Source: Eubacteriales bacterium
GTDB taxonomy: Bacteria; Bacillota; Clostridia; Oscillospirales; QAKW01
Length of the DNA stretch: 64,000 bases
Reading direction: 5' to 3'
Assembly: GCA_045544255.1 (NCBI GenBank)
Contig: JAZPYP010000028.1
Coordinates: forward strand, 13,064 to 77,063
Shown here: in pieces, positions 9,020 through 18,300 of the stretch
Layout of the letters: the number at the start of each line of letters is the position of its first letter
Numbering within the stretch: the first letter of the stretch is position 1
Notes under the pieces: generated by a model
What the model was told of the DNA's origin: nothing
The model's database searches: none
Seen by the model: only the letters and a program-made list of their open reading frames with translations
Position numbers and translations under genes: made by a program

Positions 9020-10444
9020 TTATTCCTTTCCGTTCCAGCAATAGGTGCATAAATCGCATGCAGGAAGCCCTATCGCCTTAATAATATTTTCAAGGGATTG
9101 AAACTCAAGTGAGGCAAAATTAAATCGCTCACAAAGATTTTTGCGCAAAGCCTTTCCGCGCTCGGTTTTTTCATCGATATATTCATCGATATATTTAAAC
9201 CCTTCTTCTCCTTCCAACTCCAAGATCACCCTGCGGGCAATCAGATCCATATCAGAAGTAGAACGAGAAAAACTATGGTACTTACAACCATACATAATCG
9301 GCGGGCATGCAGAACGCATGTGCACTTCCTTTGCGCCATTTTCATAAAGAAAATCCACGGTTTCTTTTATTTGAGTGCCACGAACGATGGAATCGTCAAC
9401 AAAAAGCAGTTTCTTATCTTGAATCAGATCATGAACGGGAATCTGCTTCATTTTAGCCACCCGATCGCGATCAGATTGCTTGATAGGAGTAAAACTTCTG
9501 GACCAAGTCGGCGTATATTTAATGAACGCCCTTGCGTAAGGAATCCCACTCTTATTCGCATAACCGATTGCATGAGGAATTCCGGAATCCGGCATACCGC
9601 CAACATAATCAAGATCAGTTGCAATTTCTTTTTCTGCATCACTTTCTGCCAGCAACGCACCATTACGATAACGCATGGTCTCCACATTAATTCCTTCATA
9701 TCCGGAAGTGGGGTACCCATAATAACTCCAAAGAAAAGAGCAAATCTTTTTACATTTTCCGGCTTCTTGAAGAACACTGATGCTATCGGGAGCAAGTTCA
9801 ACAATTTCTCCGGGCCCCAATTCCTTTTCGATTTCAAAGCCCAGCTTCATTGCGGCAAAAGATTCAAATGTTACACAATGGGCGCCATCACCTTTCCCGA
9901 TCAAAACCGGCAAGCGCCCCATTTTATCTCGAGCGGCAATCAGATGACCATCATTTTTAAGAATTAATATATTCGCTGTGCCTTCGATTTGCTCTTGAGC
10001 AAATCGAATTCCTTCCAAAAAATTTTCTTTTTGGCTGATGAGCGCAGCCGTTAATTCGGTGCAATTCACCTTTCCACCGGTCATTGCATCAAAATGACCG
10101 CTTTCTTCTTTTATATACTGATCAATCAAATCCTCTGCATTATTTACCTTGCCGATAATACAAATAGCAAAGGCGCCGAGTTTAGATCTGATCAACAGCG
10201 GTTGAGGATCCCAATCACTAATGCAACCGATGGCCGCCTTTCCTTCCATTTCTGAAAGAACATGCTCAAAACGAGTACGAAAAGGAGCGCTTTTAATCCC
10301 ATGGATCTGCCGCTGCAATCCGATTTCTTCATCATAGACGGCAATCCCCGCCCGATGAGTGCCGAGATGGGAATGATAATCTACGCCAAAGAAAACATCT
10401 GATAAACATTCATTTTTAGAGGTAATACCAAAAAATCCTCCCAT
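9020..10444 (-). CDS. purF: Amidophosphoribosyltransferase-like protein lacking the N-terminal catalytic Cys
   Basis: 474 aa. PRTase motif KKLLFVDDSIVRGTQ and an Ntn-amidotransferase-like N-domain. The N-terminus reads MGGFFG instead of the canonical MCG. Confidence 0.8.
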   Translation of the reverse strand: MGGFFGITSKNECLSDVFFGVDYHSHLGTHRAGIAVYDEEIGLQRQIHGIKSAPFRTRFEHVLSEMEGKAAIGCISDWDPQPLLIRSKLGAFAICIIGKVNNAEDLIDQYIKEESGHFDAMTGGKVNCTELTAALISQKENFLEGIRFAQEQIEGTANILILKNDGHLIAARDKMGRLPVLIGKGDGAHCVTFESFAAMKLGFEIEKELGPGEIVELAPDSISVLQEAGKCKKICSFLWSYYGYPTSGYEGINVETMRYRNGALLAESDAEKEIATDLDYVGGMPDSGIPHAIGYANKSGIPYARAFIKYTPTWSRSFTPIKQSDRDRVAKMKQIPVHDLIQDKKLLFVDDSIVRGTQIKETVDFLYENGAKEVHMRSACPPIMYGCKYHSFSRSTSDMDLIARRVILELEGEEGFKYIDEYIDEKTERGKALRKNLCERFNFASLEFQSLENIIKAIGLPACDLCTYCWNGKE

Positions 10445-10465
10445 AGGTTTTGCGTTCCTCCCAAA

Positions 10466-11146
10466 TTATGCAAAAAACAACTCACTCAAGGTCATGGGAT
10501 CGATATATTCCCCATCTTTATAAACTCTCATATTACCGGAGGCAATCTCATCAATCAGCATCACATTGCCTTCAGAATCATAACCAAACTCAAATTTGAT
10601 ATCATAAAGAACGAGGCCCTTTTCCTTCAGATCATCTGCCACAATCTGAGTGATCTTTTGAGTCATTACCTTCATATCATCATATTGCTTATCGGTCATA
10701 ACACCAAGATCAACCAAGCCATCCTTGGTAACCAAAGGATCGCCCTTTTCATCGTTCTTAAAGGTCATCTCAACATAAGCGGGCAGATCAGCGCCTTCCT
10801 CAATATAATCGCTATAGCGGCGATAAAAGCTACCCACAGCCTTATGGCGGCAGATCACTTCAAGCCCCTTGCCAAATACCTTTGCGGGAAGCACTTCCAT
10901 AGTAGTATCCTCCAAGGAGGCATCTACATAATGAGTCTTAATTCCGGCGGCATTAACCTTTTCGAAGAAATAGATAGACATCCGCAGATTGACATCGCCA
11001 ACACCATCGATAGTGAGGCCAACTGCATTTTCGCCGGGATCAAATACACCGTCTTTTCCGGTGCAATCATCTTTAAATTTCAAAAGGTAATTTCCATTCT
11101 CGAGGGCAAATACGTCTTTGGTTTTTCCGGTGTACACAAGCTTCAT
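10466..11146 (-). CDS. purC: SAICAR synthetase
   Basis: 226 aa. N-terminus [13 protein letters not shown], with LIDEI...S.D motif context typical of PurC. Confidence 0.93.
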   Translation of the reverse strand: MKLVYTGKTKDVFALENGNYLLKFKDDCTGKDGVFDPGENAVGLTIDGVGDVNLRMSIYFFEKVNAAGIKTHYVDASLEDTTMEVLPAKVFGKGLEVICRHKAVGSFYRRYSDYIEEGADLPAYVEMTFKNDEKGDPLVTKDGLVDLGVMTDKQYDDMKVMTQKITQIVADDLKEKGLVLYDIKFEFGYDSEGNVMLIDEIASGNMRVYKDGEYIDPMTLSELFFA

Positions 11147-11182
11147 TGTTTTTCTCCTTTTATTTTAATATTAATTGATAAC

Positions 11183-11662
11183 TTATTGAAGAGCGGCATC
11201 CTTTGCCAGCACAACCTCGGCATCCTTTACTCTTTTGGCATCAAGCTTTTCTGCAAGTTCCTGATCAGAAACTGCAAGAATCTGAATTGCCAAAAGGGCG
11301 GCATTAACTGCACCATCAATGGCAACAGTTGCAACCGGAATCCCCGGAGGCATCATCACAGTAGAAAGCAACGCATCCATTCCGCCAAGACCTTTAGATT
11401 GAATCGGAATGCCGATCACAGGCAGAGTGGTATTCGCGGCAACCGCTCCGGCAAGATGGGCCGCCATTCCCGCCGCGCAGATAATGGCACCGTAGCCATT
11501 TTCGCGAGCAGCTCTGCTAAAATCTCTTGCTTGCTCGGGAGTGCGATGAGCAGAAAACACATGCGCTTCATAAGGCACGCCGAAAGACACCAAAGTATCT
11601 ATCGCCTTCTGCACAATCGGAAGATCACTGTCGCTCCCCATCATAACAGCAACTTTTTTCAT
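11183..11662 (-). CDS. purE: N5-carboxyaminoimidazole ribonucleotide mutase (class I-like PurE)
   Basis: 159 aa. Motifs KVAVMMGSDSDLP and AAGMAAHLAGAVAANTTLPVIGIP. The AAHL-type loop points to class I rather than the SN-type class II. Confidence 0.93.
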   Translation of the reverse strand: MKKVAVMMGSDSDLPIVQKAIDTLVSFGVPYEAHVFSAHRTPEQARDFSRAARENGYGAIICAAGMAAHLAGAVAANTTLPVIGIPIQSKGLGGMDALLSTVMMPPGIPVATVAIDGAVNAALLAIQILAVSDQELAEKLDAKRVKDAEVVLAKDAALQ

Positions 11663-11677
11663 TATGAACCCTCCTTT

Positions 11678-11722
11678 AAAAAATAAATGGGCGCACCATT
11701 CCCGATCAGGAATGGGGCGCCC
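11678..11722 (-). terminator. Intrinsic terminator (riboswitch expression platform)
   Basis: GGGCGCCCCAUUCC-UGAUCG-GGAAUGGUGCGCCC followed by AUUUAUUUUUU, then the AAAGGAGG RBS and the purE ATG. Confidence 0.78.
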
Positions 11723-11788
11723 AGACGGTCGGCATTATTGTTCTTTGTTCCCCTGTGGTAAACCACTAATTCCGTCAGTTACAAAGAA
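11678..11788 (-). promoter_or_regulatory. ZTP (pfl-motif) riboswitch with terminator expression platform, leader of the pur operon
   Basis: Minus-strand RNA elements: P1 UUCUUUGU/ACAAAGAA; ACUGACGG; P2 GUGG-UUUA-CCAC; GGGGA; a 12-nt linker; then CCGUCUGGGCGC, where CCGUC pairs with GACGG as a pseudoknot. The UGGGCGC overlaps the 5' arm of the terminator. Confidence 0.82.
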
Positions 11789-11806
11789 CTTCAAAAGACA
11801 TTAAAA

Positions 11807-11836
11807 AGTATATCATAAAAAACTATAAATTGTCAA
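11807..11836 (-). promoter_or_regulatory. Sigma-A type promoter of the pur operon
   Basis: Minus strand: TTGACA (11836-11831), 18-nt spacer, TATACT (11812-11807). It lies about 20 nt upstream of riboswitch P1. Confidence 0.65.
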
Positions 11837-11920
11837 TCAAAAGGAAACGAGTTTTTTAAAATTGTTTATTCTCACTTGAAAGGCCGCCTCAAAGGAAAAA
11901 CTCTTTGGAAATTTCCACAG

Positions 11921-11953
11921 AAAAAATACGGACAAGGGTTTCCCCTTGTCCGT
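11921..11953 (-). terminator. Intrinsic terminator after the dockerin-protein gene
   Basis: ACGGACAAGGG-GAAA-CCCUUGUCCGU followed by AUUUUUUCU on the minus strand, 9 nt after the stop. Confidence 0.75.
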
Positions 11954-11961
11954 ATTTTACC

Positions 11962-14900
11962 TTACAAGATTTTTTTACAGATCAAAACAGCATCAGCAGT
12001 ATCAACAATGGGATCCCCATTAAGATTTGCTGCTTCGGCATCTAATCCGGCCGCAGTGATCTTGCCGTTGATAAATCTTAAAATCCGAACCACATCGGCA
12101 ACCGAAACCGTCCCATCGCCGGTTACATCGCCAAGGCGAGCAAAAAGATCCTCGGCAGCAACCAAATCATTCAAAAGGGCAACGCATTCCTTTTGATCAT
12201 CGGTCAATGCATCAAAAGCTTCTCTTGCCTCTTTAATGGCCTCTCCGCTATCTACCGAAACAGTTCCGATCGCTTCGATTAAGGCATCAACTTTAGAAGC
12301 AGCTTCGCGATTCAGAAGAGTGCTCCCAAATACAATGGTATCGCGATCAAATACATTATCAATGCTCGAAAATTCTTTGTTATCTGCATCATAGACCCAA
12401 TCTTCGCTTTCGAGCATAGCCCTAATGGCATTTTGCTCCTCCGCATCAAGAAGCAATACGCCTTCGGAGTTCGTATAGAATACCTTCTCCCCTTCAATAT
12501 TCTTAAAGGTGATCTTCAAAGGCGAAGCGCTTCCAAAAAGCGAGGGATAACCAAATGTTTCGCCCACTTTCCAAACCTTTGCGGCCTCATTTGCTTTCCA
12601 AGCAACTTCGCTATTTTTAAACGCAGCCAAAGCAACAGTTGTTACCCCTTCTGCCTCAACATCGGCATAGGAATTGGTATATATAACCCCTTCTGTTAAT
12701 GCACCGCTTTCGGCAGCCAAGAAATTATCTGCAGAAACGATACCTCCATCACCAATGGCAGCAACAACAGTCGGAGCGCCGGAACTTGCAAAAACGCCCG
12801 CGTTTTTAATTGAAACTTCAGCGCCTTCAGCCTCACCGATCAAAATACCGGCAAGATCATCAGCCCTATTGGTAAATCCATTTGCTTCAACATTCAGAAG
12901 CTCATAATCGAAGCCGCCCCAAGCATAGCCAATAGCTGCGGCTACCCGCTGGCGCGCGTTACCGGAAATTTCAGTATCAACAACCGAACAATTCTCAAGG
13001 CGGATCATTTTGCCGCTACCAAAAGAAAGAAGAGCGGTTTCTGCAGTATTGACCGGACGGCTGACGCCTCCGAAAAGGATCGCGCCGCCATCATCGATCA
13101 TATATCCATCGTTTACAACAATCGAATTGCTCACATGAACATTTTTCATTAAGAAATCGGCGGGAGCGGAGGTATAGCGACGCCCCACAACAAGCCCAAC
13201 ACCATCGCTGGTCGGCCAAGTGAGCGATGCCCCATCAAATTTAAGATTGGAAATGGAATTCCCGCTATACCAATCAAAGAATCCGCGAGAGGTTGCACTC
13301 CAATTCTTGATCACATGCCCCATTCCGTTAAAGGAGAAGGAAACACCGCTAAAGCCCTTGAAATCAACACCCTGAAGATCGAGATCAGAAGCAAGATAAA
13401 GGGTAACATCAGCATCAAGATCTCTTCTTTCGGCTGCAGCCAAAAGGTCATCTATATTACCGATCATAAAGCCCTTCATGCCCGAATAAAGCTTTGCATC
13501 AGAAATTGAAGGATAATCGGGCGCAGAAAGATCGGCTTTATAATTCTCTTTATAGGAAATCAGCGTTTCTACATCGGAAGAAGCAAGGGTTCCGGCAGAT
13601 AGCTTTTCTTTGCAAAGGGCGATTGCTTCTTCAAGCCCACTTGCATAGTAAGATGCATCTCTATTAGCAAAATAAGCAAGCGCGGCTACCGCTTTTCCCT
13701 CAATACTATTTGATGCATAAGCGGTAAGAGCAGCATCGGAAGAAGGCACTTCATAGATAGATGCGCTCTCATCCAGAATTCCGGCATCAGCAGTAAATAC
13801 ATATCCCGGAAGAACCGAAGAAAACTCTACCTTTGCACCGGTATTGGCATAAATAACTTTATCTGCCGCACCGCTTACCGCGATTTTACGGATACGATCA
13901 GCAGAAGAGCCGATAGCAGGAAGCCCTTCCTTCATCGACCATGCAAAAGAATCAGAGGAGGCAAGATAGGCCACTTCCCCACTCTTAAAAGCAGAAAGAT
14001 CCTTGCTGATTACCGCCTTATCTGCGCCTTCATAGGCCTTATATGCATCGGAAGTATAAACCCCGTCATAAGTTACAGCCACAGAGGATGCAGAATCATG
14101 CATTGCCGTAATAAAAGCTTTGCCCTCTTGGCTTGCAAGGGCATTATTGGCAAGAAGAATATTCTTCAGCTTAATCGGCCCTTCAAAAACGCGCCCGATG
14201 ACGGAAGCATCGCAAGGATCGCCGTTTTCGTTCCCAAGGGCAGAAAGAGAACTATTGAATACTGCAATATTGCTGATATTCATATTGCGGCGCATCTCTC
14301 CGAACAAAATTCCGCAGTGATTTGCAGCCATTTGATGAGAAAAGCCATCAATCAAAATATTGGAGATATTAAATACCGAATCAGCGGCAACATTCATGGA
14401 AACGCCACCCATAATGGCGGCAACATTATTCTTCGCTGCTTTTCCAACAATCGCGGTATCGATAATGGAGCAATCGGTAATATTCACCGTTACTTTTGAG
14501 CCAACGCGATAGCGGCTCAAAAGAATTGCTGCGCCGGTATCATTTCCATCATAACGGGTCAGTTCGCATTCTTTAACATGAACATTCTCCATGGTAAAGG
14601 TAGATTGCAAAGTAGAAAGCGCCGCCTGCTGCATACCAAAAACAAGAGCAGGCCATTGAGCGCCGCCCATGCCCGATGCATCTAACTTCACCTTATAAAG
14701 AGTTAGGTTTTTAATGCTGGCCATGGGGCAATTATAGAATAAACCTTTAGAGGCAGCGGACCAGCCATAGATCATATTCCCCATGCCATCGAAAGAGGCT
14801 TTAAGCCCTTCAAAGCCGGTAAACTGCTTATTACCGATCAGATTAAGGCTTTTAGCCAAATAAATAGTATCTGCGCTATCGAAGAGCGATTCATTATTTC

Positions 14901-15096
14901 CCGCAAACTCCAGATCCTCTATCGATTCGATTTTGAATTCTTTAGAAGAGGAGTTGCCCGCCTCCTGCACCGAAGGGATTACGGAGAGAGCAGACTCTTC
15001 AAGAGCCACTGCGGAAAACGCAAAAACAGACATCAACGCCATGATGACGCTGATAGCAGCAACAATCGAAAGCACACGCGTACTTCGTCTGTACAT
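11962..15096 (-). CDS. Secreted dockerin-containing surface protein with two tandem large repeat modules (beta-helix-like), function unknown
   Basis: 1044 aa. N-terminal signal/TM segment (RVLSIVAAISVIMALMSVFAFSA). Duplicated modules at aa ~55-395 and ~543-860. C-terminal type-I dockerin (GDVTGDGTVSVADVV ... NLNGDPIVDTADAV). Confidence 0.8.
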   Translation of the reverse strand: MYRRSTRVLSIVAAISVIMALMSVFAFSAVALEESALSVIPSVQEAGNSSSKEFKIESIEDLEFAGNNESLFDSADTIYLAKSLNLIGNKQFTGFEGLKASFDGMGNMIYGWSAASKGLFYNCPMASIKNLTLYKVKLDASGMGGAQWPALVFGMQQAALSTLQSTFTMENVHVKECELTRYDGNDTGAAILLSRYRVGSKVTVNITDCSIIDTAIVGKAAKNNVAAIMGGVSMNVAADSVFNISNILIDGFSHQMAANHCGILFGEMRRNMNISNIAVFNSSLSALGNENGDPCDASVIGRVFEGPIKLKNILLANNALASQEGKAFITAMHDSASSVAVTYDGVYTSDAYKAYEGADKAVISKDLSAFKSGEVAYLASSDSFAWSMKEGLPAIGSSADRIRKIAVSGAADKVIYANTGAKVEFSSVLPGYVFTADAGILDESASIYEVPSSDAALTAYASNSIEGKAVAALAYFANRDASYYASGLEEAIALCKEKLSAGTLASSDVETLISYKENYKADLSAPDYPSISDAKLYSGMKGFMIGNIDDLLAAAERRDLDADVTLYLASDLDLQGVDFKGFSGVSFSFNGMGHVIKNWSATSRGFFDWYSGNSISNLKFDGASLTWPTSDGVGLVVGRRYTSAPADFLMKNVHVSNSIVVNDGYMIDDGGAILFGGVSRPVNTAETALLSFGSGKMIRLENCSVVDTEISGNARQRVAAAIGYAWGGFDYELLNVEANGFTNRADDLAGILIGEAEGAEVSIKNAGVFASSGAPTVVAAIGDGGIVSADNFLAAESGALTEGVIYTNSYADVEAEGVTTVALAAFKNSEVAWKANEAAKVWKVGETFGYPSLFGSASPLKITFKNIEGEKVFYTNSEGVLLLDAEEQNAIRAMLESEDWVYDADNKEFSSIDNVFDRDTIVFGSTLLNREAASKVDALIEAIGTVSVDSGEAIKEAREAFDALTDDQKECVALLNDLVAAEDLFARLGDVTGDGTVSVADVVRILRFINGKITAAGLDAEAANLNGDPIVDTADAVLICKKIL

Positions 15097-15302
15097 ATTT
15101 TAGTTTTCCTCCTTAAAATATTCGGTTTTGGAAACGGAATGGTCTGATTTTATTATAAAATTTCCTCATTTATTTCTCCATATTTTTATTTATGAAAAAC
15201 TATGCGTTATTTTAGATGTTAACCGGAAGGTATTGTAATTTGAAATTGAAACATGATATATTTATGGTGGAAACGGAAAATTCAATATAAGGAGAATTCA
15301 TC

Positions 15303-18300
15303 ATGAAACGCAAAAGAGTCATTGCGGCAATCACCGCCGCAGTTTTATGCGTAGCCATGCTGGCGACCTGCGCCATCACCTTCACTCTTGGCTATGCCGA
15401 TTCTTTTTATTCATCTTTTGAAGACAACGAGAAAAATGCATTTTTAGCCAATACCGCCGATAAGGACGGAAGCGGCAACGCAAGAGTACAGGGGTTGGGT
15501 TATCCTCTAACAGATGCTTCAGGAACAATCGCAGATTTCACCGCCAGTGTTACAGCGACCGAGCAAACCACCGGCCATAACGGAAGCACCGCAGCAAGTT
15601 TGAAAGATAGCAACTCTTCTACCAAATATATTACCGCCGTTGGTAATAGCAAAGCATATATCATTTACACTTTAAATCAACCTTATGTTTTGCAAAAGTA
15701 TACCATTACAACCGCTAATGATACTGCAACCTACGGGCGCCATCCCAAAGATTGGACACTCTACGGTTCCAACGATAAATCCACATGGATTCCCTTGGAC
15801 CGACAAACCAATCAAAGTTATGTTGCAAATTTCCATGTAAGCACTTATAACATTAAAAATTCCACTCCATTCCTTTATTATAAATTGGACATCACCAAAA
15901 ATGATGGCCAAAATATGATTCAAATTGCCGATTGGAATCTTTATGGATTCACTTCGTTGGTTGGCGATTTCACTTCCGATGTTGTTAAGGTGGAAGGTAC
16001 CGCCTCCCGCAACAATCGCGAAGTGATCGGAAACTTGAGCGATAGCAGCTCCGGCACTAAATATCTTGTTGATGGCGGGAGCGCCACGATTACCTATACC
16101 CTTTCAAAGGCGCAGGCAATGGCTTCTTATTCTCTCACCTCCGCCAATGATGAACCCACTCGCGATCCCAAGGCCTGGACTTTGCAGGGCTCCAACGATA
16201 ACGCTCAATGGGCAACCCTTGATACCCGCAGCGAAATCACCTTTGCAGATCGCTACGAAACCAAGATTTTTACCACTGCTAATACCGCGGCTTATAAATA
16301 CTATAAGCTTTCCATTACTGCAAATAATGGCGCAGGAATGATGCAGCTTGCAGATTGGAATCTGGCCAGCAATCAAGCCGGTACCGCGGGGCTTTTCACC
16401 ACCTTGAGCTCCGGCCCCAAGGGATCCTACAGCAATTTTTCCGATCGGGGCTGGACAGGAGCCAAAGCCTTGGCAATCCGCTCCTCTCAAACCGATGAAA
16501 ATGCATATGGTTATAATGTAATTTATAAGGATGTTGACCTCTATGTTGGTAAAAACACTCAACTTTCTTATATGATTTATCCCGATTATGTTGGCAGCGA
16601 TAAGGTTGCCGATTATGATACAGAATATACCTCTCACCATATTTCTGTTGACTTAAAATTCACCGACGGAACCTATTTGAGCAATTTGAATGCCGCCGAT
16701 CAAAACGGCGACATTGTAGCCCCCGATGCGCAAGGCCAAAGCCACGCTCTCTATACCAAGCAATGGAATCAAATCAAAACCAAGATCGGTCAAGTTGCAA
16801 AAGGCAAGGTTATCGATCAAATTTTGATTGCTTTCAAGAAAGATGAAAAGAAGGCCCACGATTCTCTTGGTGTTCTCGCCTATATCGATGATATCAAAAT
16901 TGAGACAGCCGAAAAGAAGGTTCGGAAAAATCAACTTTCCTATACCATGACCCGTCGCGGTTCACAAAGCTCCAGTTCCTTCTCTCGCGGCCTGACCTTC
17001 CCCGGAACCACTTATCCCAACGGATTTAATTTCTGGTCCATGAGCACCAACGAAAAATGGGGAAAATCTGCGGATGGCACCTTCTTTAATTATCAACCGG
17101 GCAACGATATTACCCATTTCACCATCACTCATCAGGCAAACTATTGGATCGGTGATTGGGGCACCTTCCAATTTATGCCCTATACTGCAGAAAACCTTTC
17201 CTCTGCTACCGAGGCACCCACTGCTGCCCAGCGCAAGAGTGATTACAACCGCGATACTTTGGTGGATCAAGCCAATTATTTAAAGGTTGATTTTGCCGAT
17301 GGCACCAAAGCAGCAGGCACTACTGTTGAATTGGTTCCCACCAACCATGGCGCATCTATCAAATTTTCCTTTGATAAAAATGTAAACAAAAATATTATTT
17401 TTGATTCGGTTAATGCAACTGCAAACTGCCAGTTTACCTTTAATGCAGATGGTTCCTTCCAAGGCCGAACCACTCATACCGGCACCGGTATGGTAAGCGG
17501 AGCGCCCTATATGTATTTCTACGGAACCTTCAGCAAAACCCCCGCCGCCACCAAGGTAATCAGCGCTTCTTCTGCTGATGCAATCGCAACCTTCTCCGAT
17601 ACTGAAGTGGTCATGAATCTTGCCACTTCCTTCATCAGCGCTGATCAGGCCAAGCATAATCTTGAGCTGGAAATCGGCGATAAATCTTTCAAAAAGGTTT
17701 ATAAAGAAACCGAGGCAGCATGGCTCGATATTATGGATCGCATCGAGATCGAAGGCGGCACCGAAGAGCAATTAACCACCTTCTGGTCGGCAATCTACCG
17801 CGCTTATATGTATCCTAACACCATGGCTGAAAATCAGGGCACAAACGAAGCGCCGAAACCGGTATATGCTTCCCCCTATTCTGCCGATCCCGCTGCACCC
17901 GAAATCAAGGAAGGAAATCTTTACTATAATAATGGTTTCTGGGATACCGCAAGAACCACTCCGGGTGTTTATCCCTTATTAACCCCCACTGCCTATGGCG
18001 AATATTTAGATGGCTTTATTGAGCATTATAAAGAAAGCGGTTGGATCGGCCGCTGGATCGCACCCAACGCTATCAACAGCATGGTTGGCACCCATTCCGA
18101 TGCCATGATCGCCGATGCCTATTTGAGAGGCATTGAATTCGATTATGAGAGTGGATTGGAATCTGCACTGCGCAATGCATCCGGCTATTCCTCAAATGTT
18201 ATCTACGGAAGAGAAATGACCGAAACCTCCAACTATGTTGGTTATGTGAATAATTCCTTGCGACAAGGCATGAGCTGGTCTTTGGAGAGCTATCTCAACG

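Noticed and set aside
10658-11686. Long plus-strand ORF (342 aa) and similar antisense ORFs (e.g. 862-1869, 9275-9967, 32071-33027, 33031-33903, 41351-42220, 61610-62278).
   Set aside because: They lie exactly opposite strongly recognisable conserved genes (purC/purE, purL, purF, valS, the DUF4965 gene, rnfC). Their translations are low-complexity with no motifs, and they lack RBSs. They are shadow ORFs.
11678-11800. Expected guanine/adenine (purine) riboswitch in front of purE.
   Set aside because: The leader lacks the purine-aptamer three-way junction and conserved loop sequences. It matches the ZTP/pfl architecture element by element.
15128-15141. TGGAAACGGAATGG as a CcpA cre site.
   Set aside because: It mismatches the cre consensus (TGWNANCGNTNWCA) at four constrained positions. 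It is retained only as an unexplained direct repeat.
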